Source: Nitrospirota bacterium | Lineage (GTDB): Bacteria > Nitrospirota > Nitrospiria > Nitrospirales > NS-4 | Assembly (NCBI GenBank): GCA_963788195.1 | Contig: CAWBGA010000013.1 | Location: forward strand, 316,227-380,226 | DNA: 64,000 nucleotides | Direction of reading: 5' to 3' | Shown here: one piece after another, positions 9,354 to 21,029 of the stretch | How positions within the stretch are numbered: position 1 is the first letter of the stretch | How the letters are laid out: every line of letters starts with the position of its first letter | Position numbers and translations under genes: made by a program | The notes under the pieces: model-generated | Told to the model about the DNA's origin: nothing | The model's input: only the letters and a program-made list of their open reading frames with translations | The model's database searches: none

Positions 9354-10691
9354 ATGAACGCACAGCCTCTGATCTCCACGCTGGTAGGCGCATTCGTGGT
9401 CGCCTTTATCTTTGGGATGATTGCGAACCGTTTGCGCATATCGCCGATTGTGGGCTTCTTACTTGCGGGAATCGTGATCGGGCCTTTCACGCCCGGCTTT
9501 GTGGGCGATGTGGCGTTGGCGCCCGAATTGGCCGAGATCGGCGTGGTTCTTCTGATGTTTGGGATTGGCCTGCACTTCTCGATCCGCGACCTTTTGTCCG
9601 TCCGCATGATTGCCATCCCGGGAGCCCTCGTTCAGATCGTCGTTGCGATTGGTCTCGGGTCTTGGCTGGCCTATGCGCTCGGGTGGGCGATTAGCACCGG
9701 CATGGTATTTGGCCTGGCGCTGTCCACGGCTAGTACGGTCGTGCTGCTGCGAGCGCTCGAGGAGCGGCGCGTGATCAACACTCAAGAGGGCCGAATTGCC
9801 GTCGGCTGGTTGATCGTCCAAGACATTGCCATGGTCGTGGCGCTCGTCGTGGTGCCGACATTGTCGAGCGGGCTAGGTGTATCGGTCGAGGGATCAAACT
9901 CTGCACTCAAGACTCTCCTTGCGGTTGTCATCACGCTCGGCAAGGTTACGGTGTTCATCGCACTCATGCTGGTCGTCGGGAGACGCTTCATTCCCTGGGC
10001 GCTCCACCGGGTCTCCAAGACAGGTTCACGCGAACTTTTTACGCTCGCGGTTCTGGTCATGGTGCTTGGCGTGGCATACGGATCGGCGGCGCTATTCGAC
10101 GTCTCGTTTGCCCTGGGCGCTTTCTTTGCAGGATTGGTACTCCATGAGTCCGAACTCAGTCAAAAGGCGGCGACCGAGACACTCCCGCTGCGAGACGCCT
10201 TTGCGGTGCTGTTCTTTGTGGCCGTCGGAATGCTGTTCGATCCGAGTATTCTGATACGCCAACCGTGGGCTGTCGTGGCGACACTGTTGATCATCGTCGT
10301 CGGCAAGTCATTCGCCGCGTGGCTCATCGTCTTGGCGTTCGGGTACTCACGCAGGATGGCGCTCACCATTTCAGTCAGTCTGGCGCAGATCGGCGAGTTT
10401 TCGTTCATGTTGGCCGAACTGAGTGTGACTCTCGGCTTATTGATCACCCGAAGGGCGCGACTTGATCCTGGCGGGTGCGATCCTGTCGCTTTTAATCAAT
10501 CCCTTTTTGTTCGTTGTGCTTGGGTGGCTGGAACCACGAACAGATCAGGACGAACGTTTCGCGCAGCCTCCAGTATCGGCAAAAGCCTCCACTGTAGATA
10601 TGACATGACAGTCTGTCCCAGGCACCCGCCGGATCGCCGACTTTGCGGCACTGTTTTGGAGAATTCTTCGAGACCCCGCACGAGTTGTTGA
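9354..10691 (+). pseudogene. Tandem second copy of the CPA2 antiporter, frameshifted and lacking the RCK domain
   Basis: Near-identical to 7592.. over the membrane domain. One extra base near 10443-10449 (TTGATCACCCGAAGG versus TTGACAGCCGAAGG) shifts the frame. Homology to copy 1 stops at about 10585, before the RCK domain. Confidence 0.75.
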
Positions 10692-10729
10692 CGACTGCTT
10701 ATGTCTCGACATGAGAGGGTGAAGCCGGT

Positions 10730-11633
10730 ATGAACGATCGATCCGCCCGGACCCTTATCGCGGGATGATCTCGAGGCGATCTTTCTGCCTGATCATGGAA
10801 TGCTCGGCGCCTCCCTTCGCCACAGAGGCGAGGAGATCCTCAGGCGCGTGGAAGACCTCGATGCGGCTGCAACAAAGGGAAGCACGGCCGGAATCCCGTT
10901 CCTTCACCCGTGGGCGAACCGACTCGCGGGGCCTCGCTATCGGGCGGCAGGACGGGAGGTGACGCTCGATCCATCGTCGCCGCTACTCCATCTGGATGAG
11001 CATGGGCTTCCGAATCACGGCGTGCCCTGGTCCCGGCTATCCTGGGAGTTGAGCGAAGCGAGGCCGGATTTTATCGCGGCCCGCCTCGAGTGGTCCCGCA
11101 GCGATCTCCTCGCAGTTTTTCCGTTTCGACATCGGGTTGAACTGGCCGCGACCCTTCGCCCGGATGGTCTGACGCTGGAAACGACGTTGATCGCCGGGCC
11201 TGATGGACCTGTGCCGGTGAGTTTCGGTTTTCATCCTTACTTCGGGCTGCCGGAACTTCCACGCTCGCAATGGCGCCTGGAGTTGCCCGCCATGCGGAGG
11301 CTCGCGCTCGATCGGCAGGGGATCCCGACCGGAGAGGAAAAGCCTTTTGATGGATTCGACGCCGAGCTTCATGAACTGAGCTTCGACGATGGCTTTGCGC
11401 TGACGGACGAACGGACGTCGTTCTCTCTCACGGGGGCGGGTCGCCGAATCAGTGTAGAGCTACTTGAGGGCTACCGGTATGCGCAGGTTTTTGCACCGAA
11501 GGACAAGGAGTACGTTGCGCTCGAGCCGATGACCGCACCGGCAAACGCCCTGATGAGCGGGAGCGGCCTGCGACTCGTGGAGCCGGGCGGGCAGTTCCGC
11601 GCGGCGTTCCGGATCCGCGTGGATGCGCTCTGA
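10730..11633 (+). CDS. Aldose 1-epimerase family protein, N-terminus split by a 1-nt indel
   Basis: GIPFLHPWANRLAG, FGFHPYF and EPMTAP motifs. ATG 10730 gives MNDRSARTLIAG then TGA 10766-10768. Skipping one base rejoins DLEAIFLPDHGMLGASLRHRGEEIL. Track ORF is 10800..11633. Confidence 0.75.
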
Positions 11634-11654
11634 GTGTAGTCGTCGGTGAATCCC

Positions 11655-12499
11655 TTAGCGACCCGTTTCTGTCGGATCGCCGGCAACCGCGTAACGCAGT
11701 ATGTCGGGACGCTTCGCCAACGAGCGCAACAGGTCATCAATGCTGGCGACATAGGGGCTGACCGAGCCGTAGTATTGGATGGGCTTGCCCATCGGCTCAA
11801 ATTCCAACCCGAATCGCTTCAACAGTCGCCACAGCCTTTCATGTACGGCGACGATCAGATTCTCATGACCCTGGTGAATACATGTCACGATCATTGCGCG
11901 AAACAACCCCAGCAGGAGCCGAGGGTATTGGAGCTGGCCGGCGAGACTGGACGTTGCCCGCACGTGCAACTGTCCAAAACCGCGGGCACTACGATAGTCC
12001 TTGGCGATCACCAAATGTGACACTTCTACCGTGCGCGCACGCGAGAGGCTGGCGAAAAACGGCGACAGAGATGACGTGTGCTGTTCGATAGGGAAACCAA
12101 GCGGAGAGTCTACGACGAGGCGAAACCTCCGATCACAGCGCCCGCGGTATTGGTCGCGGCGATGTGGATGGAGGACTCGTCCCACTTGTCGCGCATATGC
12201 CCGTCGTCGCCTCTTTCGACGTCGAGGAGCAGTTGCTCGCGGCAGTAGACGTCATATCGTAACCGATAAATCTCCTCGAGTTTGGGGTTATTATGGTCAA
12301 TTTCAAGAAACGAAAATCTGTCCGGGGTCGCAAGGACCAGGCCATGGCACGTCGTGTATGTTTTACCGCTCCCACATAAACAGACGTCATTTGGCTTGAC
12401 CGTTGCTCCAGATAAGGCTCGACGCCTGTCCTGGAATGCGGAAGATCCGGTCGGTGCAGATTCTTCTTTCTTCTTCTTGTTGCTTGTGGGCTTGGGCAC
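11655..12499 (-). pseudogene. SEC-C motif + GNAT N-acyl amino acid synthase-like (LuxI-like fold) gene, split by a frameshift
   Basis: ORFs 12499-12110 and 12185-11655 join if one base is restored near 12120-12130. N-terminal Lys-rich tail plus CLCGSGKTYTTCHG. Then FLEIDHNNPKLEEIYRLRYDVYCRE...HIAATNTAGAVIG / RLVVDSPLGFPIE...EVSHLVIAKDYR. Confidence 0.55.
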
Positions 12500-12577
12500 G
12501 ACGAACCCTCCAAAATCAGTCGACAGTTCACAATTAGCCCGACTAGCGCTCAGTCACTTGCAAAGTGCGCTTGAAAA

Positions 12578-12778
12578 CTAAACACGGCCATTTCTCAAGT
12601 CCTGATAGTACTCCGTAAGGGAACCGAAAGCCACAAAAGGGATACTAATTTCACCTGTCTGCCGCAGAGGGAATTTAGAGGGAGCGAAGGTTAGGGTAAA
12701 TCCGTTCCCACTTTTCTTTGTCAGCGTAATGCGTCCGAGGTCATCTCTTTGCCACATCGCCAGCGCGTTACAGGCCAC
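12578..12778 (-). CDS. Hypothetical 66-aa protein
   Basis: ORF only; no recognisable motif. Confidence 0.25.
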   Translation of the reverse strand: MACNALAMWQRDDLGRITLTKKSGNGFTLTFAPSKFPLRQTGEISIPFVAFGSLTEYYQDLRNGRV

Positions 12779-12793
12779 AGACTCGTCTCTGTC

Positions 12794-15700
12794 CTATTCA
12801 GACAGGAGTAGACGCCACTCCGGGAGCACGCCGGCTGTCAGCAGGTCTCGGCCTCGTCCGGGTTGCCGGCGAGTTGAGTGACCGGCAAGCAAGTACTGCG
12901 CATTCTGTGACAGATTCAGCGACGGTTCAGGGGGTCGGAAAGCAGGATCACGCCGTTACCGACGCTATACAGAAAGCCGTTGCCAATTCCCAGAGACGGG
13001 TGTGATCCCATACGTGGAGCTATATTGTGTGAAATTGGAGGTCAGCCCGCCCAGCGTGTCTGCTGCGGGGTCGGTGGAGTAGATGAGCCAGCGGCCGGGC
13101 TGGCGTCAATGATGGCGCTCGCGCCCGCGGTGTTGATGAAGTTGCGTCCCGCGCCCAGCACAACCGCGGCAGTATCGGGGGTGCCGGCGCCGGTGCTGGT
13201 AGCTGGTGAGCTGACCGGCGATCGTGATATCCGACGCGCTGCCGGAGATCAATGTCAGCGGCTTGGCGAAACTATAGCCGGTGTTGATGGTGAGCGCGCC
13301 GGCGGTACTGCTGCCAAGCGTCAGATAGTTCTGCTGCCCCAGTTCATGAATCCAAGAATGGTATCGCTGAGTTGAGTCCGCCGCCGGCGGCGGTACCGAC
13401 CCCTATGGTGGTGCCGCTGGTATAGGGCCTTATGGTAAGCCCAGTCGCGCTGTTGATGTTATTCACGATTGGAGAGGATGCTATTGGTGATGAGCGTAAT
13501 GCTGCCGGTGCCGGTGGTTTGGAGGAGGTTGGAGTTACAGCCCCGGCAAATGAGCCGATGCCGCCGGGTCCCGCGATGCCTGTAATAATGATATTCCCGG
13601 AACCGGTGGTTTTGATGGTGTTGAGGCCAAAGCCGCCGCCGGAGAAAAGGTTGGATACCCATCATTGCCAGGTACCGCCACTGTTCCCCCCCGTGGCGGT
13701 GATGGTAATCGTCCCGTCAACGGCCGAAATCGTACCCCTGGCTTAATCCAAACCCATAATTGCTCGTGCCTAAGCTGGCGGGGTTTCCACCGCCGATGGC
13801 GACTATGGTGATGGCGCCGGCGCCGATATTCGTAATGGTGCCACGCAGCCTCACACCCCAATGAAAGATGCCGTAGCCATTTCCGCCGATGCCGGTGATG
13901 AGAATCGGGCTGCCGCCGCCCGCGACCAGGCCTTGGAGATCCACAGCCCTGAATTCTGATCACCCGGACCCACGCCGTTGTTGCCGTGAAAGCCGGTCAA
14001 GGAGATCGTGCCCGTGCCAAGCGCCCGGGTGGTACTTGAGCTCGTGAGAAAAATTCCCTTATTTTACTGCCGCCGGCCGTGTCGCCACCGTGGCCCCAGA
14101 TGGTGATGTCACCGGTGCCGGTGGTCTGGATCGTGCTGCCGCTGGCCGTCACGCCGTAATTGAAGTTGCCCGAGCCCACACTGCCGCCGGTGCCGGTGAT
14201 GGTGATGAGACCACTGCCTGAGGTCTGCACCGTCGTGCCGGAGAGAGAGACGCCAATATTTGAACCACTCGCGCCGGAGCCGCCGCCGTTTCCGATCAGC
14301 GTAATGGTCCCCGTGCCGCTGGTTTGCAGGTTGGAGGCCGTCACCAAAGAGATGCCGATATCGCCGCCGGCTGCGCCGGCATACCCGGTGCCCATCAGCC
14401 AGATATTCCCGCCGCCGGCGTTGAGGATGGCACCCGAACTGATGCCGGCAATATTGGTAGCATTCCCGGTCGCCCCGGTCGCGGGCAGTGCGCCGTTCAC
14501 CAAGCCGCCGGGATTGGTGCCGCCGCCCAGCGTGATGTTGCCGCCGAGGCTCGTGACGGAACTGCCGTTGGTCAGCACGATCGCGCCGCGCCCCGCTGCC
14601 ATCGCTGTCGGCGCCCAGGACGACGTGGAGCTTGCCGGTGGTGGAGGTAATGGCCACGCCGGCGTTGACCGTAATATCGTTGTTGGCCGACAGGGTGAGC
14701 GTGGCATCGCCGCCCGCCGTCTTGCTGATACTGCTGGCGACCGTAATGTTGCCCGACTGGGTGTTGGCGCCGGCGGAGGCGGTCGTGATAGTGACAGAGG
14801 TGCCGGCGTTGAGCGCGGTTTCGATACTGCCGGTCGTGACGATGGCGGTGTCATCGTTGAGGTGAAGGTCGGGCTGGCCGTGACGTTGGTGTCAGCGCCG
14901 GCCGCCTGGATGGTGATGTCGTTGGGGTCGAGGAGCCACATGCCGGCGGTGCCCGAAGGCGCGCTCGCGTCTACGGAGCCGGCAAAGGCCAGGTGCTCCT
15001 TCCCTGAAGTCTCGACGAAGCCCCCGTTGCCGCCGCGTTCACCGCCCCGCGCCAGAATGTGCGCGCCGGAGGCCCCGGACGTGTGCTCATCGGACCAGAC
15101 TCGGACAGAGCCGCCGTCAGAATGTCCGTGTCCCACTCACGTCGATCACACTTCCTGTAAAGAGCTCGGTCTGCTGCGTGGACGTAATTTCGACATGGCC
15201 GCCCGCCGCATTTCAGCACCTCTGGCCAGCATCGTTCCTGACTGGCCGGCCAGCGCTCCCGAGATAGCAATGTATCCCGGTGTGGCATTCGCTTCGCCGG
15301 CCGACACATCGAGCGTGCCCATATTCCAGGCAATACTGTTGTCACCTTCGGCGACCAGTATGATGACGCCGCCGTGATTGACGAGCGAGGTCGCGCGCAC
15401 GAGGCCCTCCTGGTTGACAACGGATCGCACCAGCCCCGCAGCCGCCTTGGCTTGTAACGTTACCATCCCGCCGTCGGCCTGCAGCGTGCCGGTATTCGAG
15501 ACGTACGATGCCACAGGCTGGCCATCGGGGCCGTTGACACTGCCTGAGACGGCGTCGGTAATCACAAACTGGATGAGGCCGTCGCCGCGCAGGTCGAGCG
15601 TCGCGGCTGTGCCGGAGGCCAGCGCGATGGAGCCCAGCTGCGCCTGAATGATCCCCTCGTTGTGGGCCGCGGCGCCCAAGAGCGCCACATACCCGCCCGG

Positions 15701-16257
15701 GCCCGCCGTGATCATGCCTTGGTTGATCACCGTGGCATTGGAAGCAGAAGGGTCTTGAGTAAAGCGATAGTGGCCGGCCAGAAAATCCTGATTCGTCATG
15801 GTCAGTGTGCTTGCGGTCAGCGCGCCGACATCGACGCGTGAGCTCGAGCCAAAGAGAATGCCGCTGGGATTGAGCAGAAAGATTGGCCATTGGCGGAGAG
15901 TGACCCGAAGATCGCGCTGGGTTCCTGGCCACTGACCCGGTTCAGCGCGATCGCGGCCGCGCTCGGTTGTTGAAAATGCACCGACTCGTTGGCCGCGATG
16001 TTAAAGCGTGTCCAGTCCAAAATCGCGCGATCCGTTGTCTGCTCGATCCGCATCGACGTGGCGGTCGGCGTGCTGATCGTTGCGGCACCGGCGGTCACGG
16101 TACCGTCTTGGGGCAGTGCGAGGAGCGGAGGTCGGCACGAAGGGCATGAGAGCTCCGGTCATGAGGCCGGCGGCGTGTAGACTGCTCCCCAGTGCATACG
16201 CGAGGGCGCTGTGCTACGGACGGCCGACGCTGAGCGTTTCGCACGACGTCCGCTCAT
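12794..16257 (-). pseudogene. Filamentous haemagglutinin/TpsA-like exoprotein gene, multiply frameshifted
   Basis: TPS domain LPQDGTVTAGAATIS...ILDWTRFNIAANESVHFQQPSAAAIALNRVSGQEPSAIFGSLSANGQ. After a 1-nt shift near 15895 it continues IFLLNPSGILFGSSSRVDVGALTASTLTMTNQDFLAGHYRF. Gly/Thr/Ser beta-helix repeats follow (GTGTITLIGNGGGSGASGSNIGVSLSGTTVQTSGSGLITITGTGGS). I count at least six frame changes. Ends are approximate. Confidence 0.75.
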
Positions 16258-16649
16258 AAATAAAAGCCCTCTAAGGCAAAGGCATACCTGACAACATATC
16301 GGCCTGAGCGAAGCTGTTCTTGAAGAATGTTTATGAATGAAACGCTGAGAGGAGGACTATCGGGGGAGGAGCTGGTTCTAGACCTGACAAGAGTGACAGA
16401 ATAAGACAACCATACACAAAGTGTAAAACCCGCATTGGACGCGGTCAGGAGAATACTTACGGCTGCGTCATCGCACAGACTAAGCTTAAAGCGATACTCC
16501 TTAGTAGGGGGGTAGTTACAATTCTCACTTTTTCGGGTAGCCTTTGATGGATTACAATCAGCACGCCAGTTTTCCCAAGCCGTGAGCCCATGGGAATTCG
16601 AGCGTCACAGATGCACACTAGGGAGTGGTGTCAAAAGGTAAAGGTAGCA

Positions 16650-18999
16650 ATGGACCAGGCTCTACAACCGTCTCTGAGCACTGACCAGGACCCTCGTGTA
16701 ACCGCGGAAGACGCACACGCGCTGGCCGCAAACATTCTGGAAAGCATTACCGACGGTTTCATAGCACTCGATCACGACTGGCGGTTCACATATATCAATG
16801 CGCAGAGCCGAGCATCTTTTGAGCCGCAGCAGAACAGACCTGCTTGGGAAAAATCACTGGGAAGAATATTCCGCCACGATCGGCACTATCATCGAGCGCG
16901 AATACCGTCGCGCGGTCGCAGAACAGGTAACGGTGGAGTTTGAAAATTATTCGAAGCGGTGGCACCGGTGGTTGGAATTCAAGGCCTATCCGGCTGCTCA
17001 TGGCCTCTCGGTCTATTTCCGCGATATCACGGACCGCAAGCGGGCGGAAGAAGCGTCTCGCCGTAGCGAACAGGAACTGTCCGATTTTTTTGAGACCGCG
17101 ACGATCGGCTTGCATTGGGTAGGGCCTGATGGCGTTATTCTCCGCGTGAACCAAGCCGAGCTGGATTTATTGGGGTACAACCGCGATGAATACATCGGCC
17201 ATCATATCGCCGAATTTCATGCCGATCCTCCTGTGATCGAGGATATCCTCGAGCTGCCTCGCCAGAGACGAGAAGCTGAAGGATTATCCGGCCCGCATGC
17301 GGTGCAAAGACCGTTCGATCAAGAATGTGCTTATCGACTCCAGCGTGTTGTGGGAAGACGGAAAATTCATTCACACACGGTGCTTCACGCGTGATGTGAC
17401 GGATTACAAACGCGCCGAAGAAGCCGTGCGCGAAAGCGTGCACCGTCTTCGCCTGGCGCAACAGGTGGCGCACATCGGGACCTTCGACTGGAACCTGCAG
17501 ACCGGCGTCAACAGCTGGACACCCGAACTCGAGGCGATGCATGGGCTGCCTCCCGGCGGCTTTGGGGGAACCTTGCAAGCGTGGCAGGCGCTCATACATC
17601 CGGAGGATCGCGCTAGAACGGTGCGGCAGGTGCGCGAAGCGATCCCGAAGGGCGTCTTTGAGGGCGAGTGGCGTGTGGTCCTGCCTACTGGAGAAGTGCG
17701 CTGGCTCGCCGGAAGAGCCTCACTGTTCAAGGACGAGGCGGGAAAACCGCAGCGATTGATCGGTGTCAACATTGATATCACCGAGCGTAAGCACGCCGAA
17801 GAACGGCACGCGCAGCTGGCCGCGATCGTTGAATCCTCGAATGACGCTGTCGTCAGCAAAAATTTGGACGGCATTATCCAGAGTTGGAATAAGGGCGCGG
17901 AAGCGGATCTTCGGGTACGCCCCAGAGGAAGTCATCGGCCGCTCGATTCTGTTACTCGTGCCGCAGGAAATGAAGCATGAGGAGGCAGAGATTCTTGCCA
18001 GGATTCGTCGGGGCGAGCGGATCGAACACTATGAAACCATCCGGGTGCGCAAAGACGGATCACAGTATCGCGATTTCTCTGTCGGTCTCGCCTATCAAGA
18101 ATGCCGCCGGGAAGATCATCGGAGCGGCGAAAATTGCCCGTGACATCACGGAAAAGAAGGCGGCAGAGGAAGAGATTTTTCGGTTGAACCAGCATCTGGA
18201 GGAGCGCGTACGGGAACGGACGAGCCAACTGGAGGAAGCTAATGCCAAACTGATTGCGCAAGCCGAGAAGTTGACCGCGATCAATGCGGAATTAGAACGG
18301 TTTGCCTATGTCTCGTCACACGATTTGCAAGAGCCTCTCCGCATGGTCTCGAGCTTCACGCAACTGCTGGCGCGCCGCTACGAAGGGAAGCTCGGCGCGG
18401 ACGCGGATGACTTCATCAAGTACGCGGTTGAGGGCGCGCTTCGGATGGAGCATCTGATCAAAGATTTGTTGGACTATTCGCGTCTCGGCGCCCATGAGGC
18501 ACAGGTGGGACAAGTCAACGTGGAGGAGGTATGGGACCAGGTCATGATGGATCTCAAAATCCCGAGAGAAAAGAGCGGTGCTGTCCTCACCCATGATCCT
18601 CTGCCCATGGTCATCGGCGATGCGACCCAGTTAAGACAAGTGTTTCAAAACTTGCTTGGGAATGGCATTAAGTTTACCCATGCCGCTCCCCAGATCCATG
18701 CCTGGGCTGAGAGAAAGGGCGATGAATGGATCTTTGCCGTGCGCGACAACGGTATCGGGATTGAACCGCAGTACGTGGAGCGGATCTTCGAAGTGTTCCA
18801 ACGCCTGCACAGCCGGGGGGAGTATCAAGGCACAGGCATCGGGTTGGCGATCTGCAAGAGGGTCGTTGAAAAGCACGGCGGACGTATCTGGGTTGAATCG
18901 GTGTACGGCAAAGGCTCGACATTTTACTTCACCCTCCCGGCCGTCGACGTTGCCGCCTCCTCCTGCTTGCCTAGCGACATAGGGATTGCGGCAGTATAA
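16650..18999 (+). pseudogene. Multi-PAS sensor histidine kinase broken by four 1-nt frameshifts
   Basis: Fragments 16590-16943, 16798-17394, 17297-17980, 17763-18143 and 17977-18999 join into PAS x4 + HisKA (YVSSHDLQEPLRMV) + HATPase (GTGIGLAICKRVVEKHGGRIWVES). Junctions lie near 16805, 17250, 17905 and 18065. Confidence 0.8.
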
Positions 19000-19033
19000 T
19001 TGGCCGTCCTACAAGATTTTCTCTGCGCTCTCG

Positions 19034-19219
19034 TCAGAGGGAAGAGCGATCCGGCTCCGGATTTTTCGAATCGTACGATTTCAGCGCCGTTTCCAGGGTG
19101 TACAATTCGGTCTTTATGAAGTCCCGTTGAACGTGCGTCAAAGGTATGGATTCATGGAGTAGCTTGTGGAGGGCGGTGGCAGCCTTACCAAAATCCGCCA
19201 CCACGCGATCTGCCTTCAT
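19034..19219 (-). CDS. Hypothetical 61-aa protein
   Basis: ORF 27 nt downstream of 19246..20007 on the same strand. No motif recognised. Confidence 0.3.
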   Translation of the reverse strand: MKADRVVADFGKAATALHKLLHESIPLTHVQRDFIKTELYTLETALKSYDSKNPEPDRSSL

Positions 19220-19245
19220 GATCGATGTTCCCCGAGACTGTTTGC

Positions 19246-20007
19246 TTATAACTCGATGAAGATCTGATCGAGGCGGCTCAAGAAATTATATTGTTTGTGC
19301 CAAGCCGCCACTACTTCGTCCAGCCTTCCCATAATATGATCGAGGCGCCTGGCGCTATCATCAGTGGTGATGCCTCGCCAGGTGTCGGTTTCCAGAAGTG
19401 CTCGTATACTCTCTTTCAGATTTTTCCGCCGCCTGTCGATTTGCAGACGCCTGTCCTGATCCCGTACATAAGCCGAATCCGCGAGTTTTTTCCTCTCTCG
19501 ATGACATTCCCACAGTTCAATGAGGTCGTCAGGCACGGTCACCTCGACTTTGTAGTCCCCAGTCCAGCGTGCCATCTTGCCGCCCTTGGACGGGATCTGA
19601 TCGGGGTACGAGCCCTTCAAACTCTCCCCAAGAGTGTGGGCCCACGTCCAAAACGTCAGTTCAACTAGACAGGGACTGTCTTCGGGCAGCTTATGCGTCA
19701 CCAAGGCGAGCCGCGGCTGGCGGTCTCGAAGCCAAAGGACATGAAGGTGTTGATCCTTCAGCCGGCAACCATAATGATCGTTCACCAGCCCGACAGGCGT
19801 TCCCCGGAACTGAAGACTGTGTATATCCAGGAGCGGCTCTTGCAGAATCTGACGAAAGAGCGCGCGCCGTAACGGATGGCCGTTCACCCAAAGGACCTTG
19901 ATTTCAAGCGGCAGCGATTTCGTGAGGGGGAGATTTATTTGGCGTGGCTGACTCTCAGCTCTATTGAAGGGCGTCAGTGTCGCGATGTCTCGTCTTTCTT
20001 TCACCAC
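19246..20007 (-). CDS. Hypothetical 253-aa protein
   Basis: Intact ORF with a non-repetitive, charged C-terminal helical region. No family recognised. Confidence 0.45.
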   Translation of the reverse strand: MVKERRDIATLTPFNRAESQPRQINLPLTKSLPLEIKVLWVNGHPLRRALFRQILQEPLLDIHSLQFRGTPVGLVNDHYGCRLKDQHLHVLWLRDRQPRLALVTHKLPEDSPCLVELTFWTWAHTLGESLKGSYPDQIPSKGGKMARWTGDYKVEVTVPDDLIELWECHRERKKLADSAYVRDQDRRLQIDRRRKNLKESIRALLETDTWRGITTDDSARRLDHIMGRLDEVVAAWHKQYNFLSRLDQIFIEL

Positions 20008-20177
20008 ACCATTACCTTGATTTGTGGCTCCATTGGGCAGTTTCTAGCATCACATGCAAGCATTTGCAATCGCTATTCAGTACAGTGTTCGCGTTGCTTT
20101 TTGTGTTCGAGGCGTATCAGTATAAGGCACAGAAGATGAGGCATTCATTGGGGTGCAATCTGAGAAGGGGGTTGGCG

Positions 20178-21006
20178 ATGAGACAATCGTTTCTCGCGGC
20201 GTGCGTGTGTGTCGGTGTGGTCGGATGCTCCACGCCAGCAGGGCCACCCCTCGACACACTACAGCAGATCCAAGGCGAAATCATTCGGTTCGACGCCGAC
20301 GGGTACGTCATAAGGGACGGATACGGTAAGGAGATGCGCGTGCACGCGACGCCCACCGCCCGCGTCGACGGCAATCTGTCCGCGGGGGATACGGTCTTGG
20401 TCCACGTTGCGGCGCCCTACCAGCCGAAGACGCGCTATGCGCAGGCGGTCTATCACTTCACTGACCTTGAGACGGTCTACGGGGAGCTTACGGAGAAAAA
20501 CCGGTCCAGCATCAGCGTCAAAGACGCCGATCGGCGGCGAGGTTGATCTGTCGCTCGACAAGCACAGTGTTGGCTATGGAAAGCCCCAGCCTGGTGACCG
20601 AATCTTTGCGAAGACCTACCGAGCGCCGTACGAGGGCGAAGTCCAGGAGTTTGGGGATGGGACGTATACCGTCCGCGACATTACAGGGCGGGAGGTGCGC
20701 TACGAGCGTGACGATAACCCCGAAAGGCCGGATCGCCCTGGGCGGCGGCGAGCCATTGAGCGTCCCGTACTGCAGCATGACAGGCCCTACGCTCGCGTGA
20801 TTTACCTCTTTTCCGATCCGCTGACATTGCAGGGAACCTTACTGCGGCGGGATGATGGGCTGTATGCCGTAAGCGGGGCGGAGGATCTGGCCCTTATTCT
20901 TGGGCAGGCGACCCTGCGGGATTCCCAGGAGCAGCCGGGGGAACAAGTGTTTGTTGTGGTCAGTCCATTGCCTATCATTCAGGCGTCTTCGATTGAGAAG
21001 CTGTAG
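20178..21006 (+). CDS. Lipoprotein built from three ~45-aa beta-rich modules, one apparent frameshift
   Basis: MRQSFLAACVCVGVVGCS lipobox, with an AAGGGGG Shine-Dalgarno. ORFs 19977-20546 and 20407-21006 join at the A5 run 20496-20500. Module example: GEIIRFDADGYVIRDGYGKEMRVHATPTARVDGNLSAGDTVLV. Confidence 0.55.
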
Positions 21007-21029
21007 GAGGAAAAGCTGGAGAAAGCCTC

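Noticed and set aside
14160-15377. 405-aa plus-strand ORF (and 14324-14650, 14632-14865) opposite the TpsA-like gene
   Set aside because: The Pro/Ala/Val-rich low complexity is the antisense image of Gly/Thr/Ser repeats. The minus strand carries recognisable TPS and beta-helix sequence.
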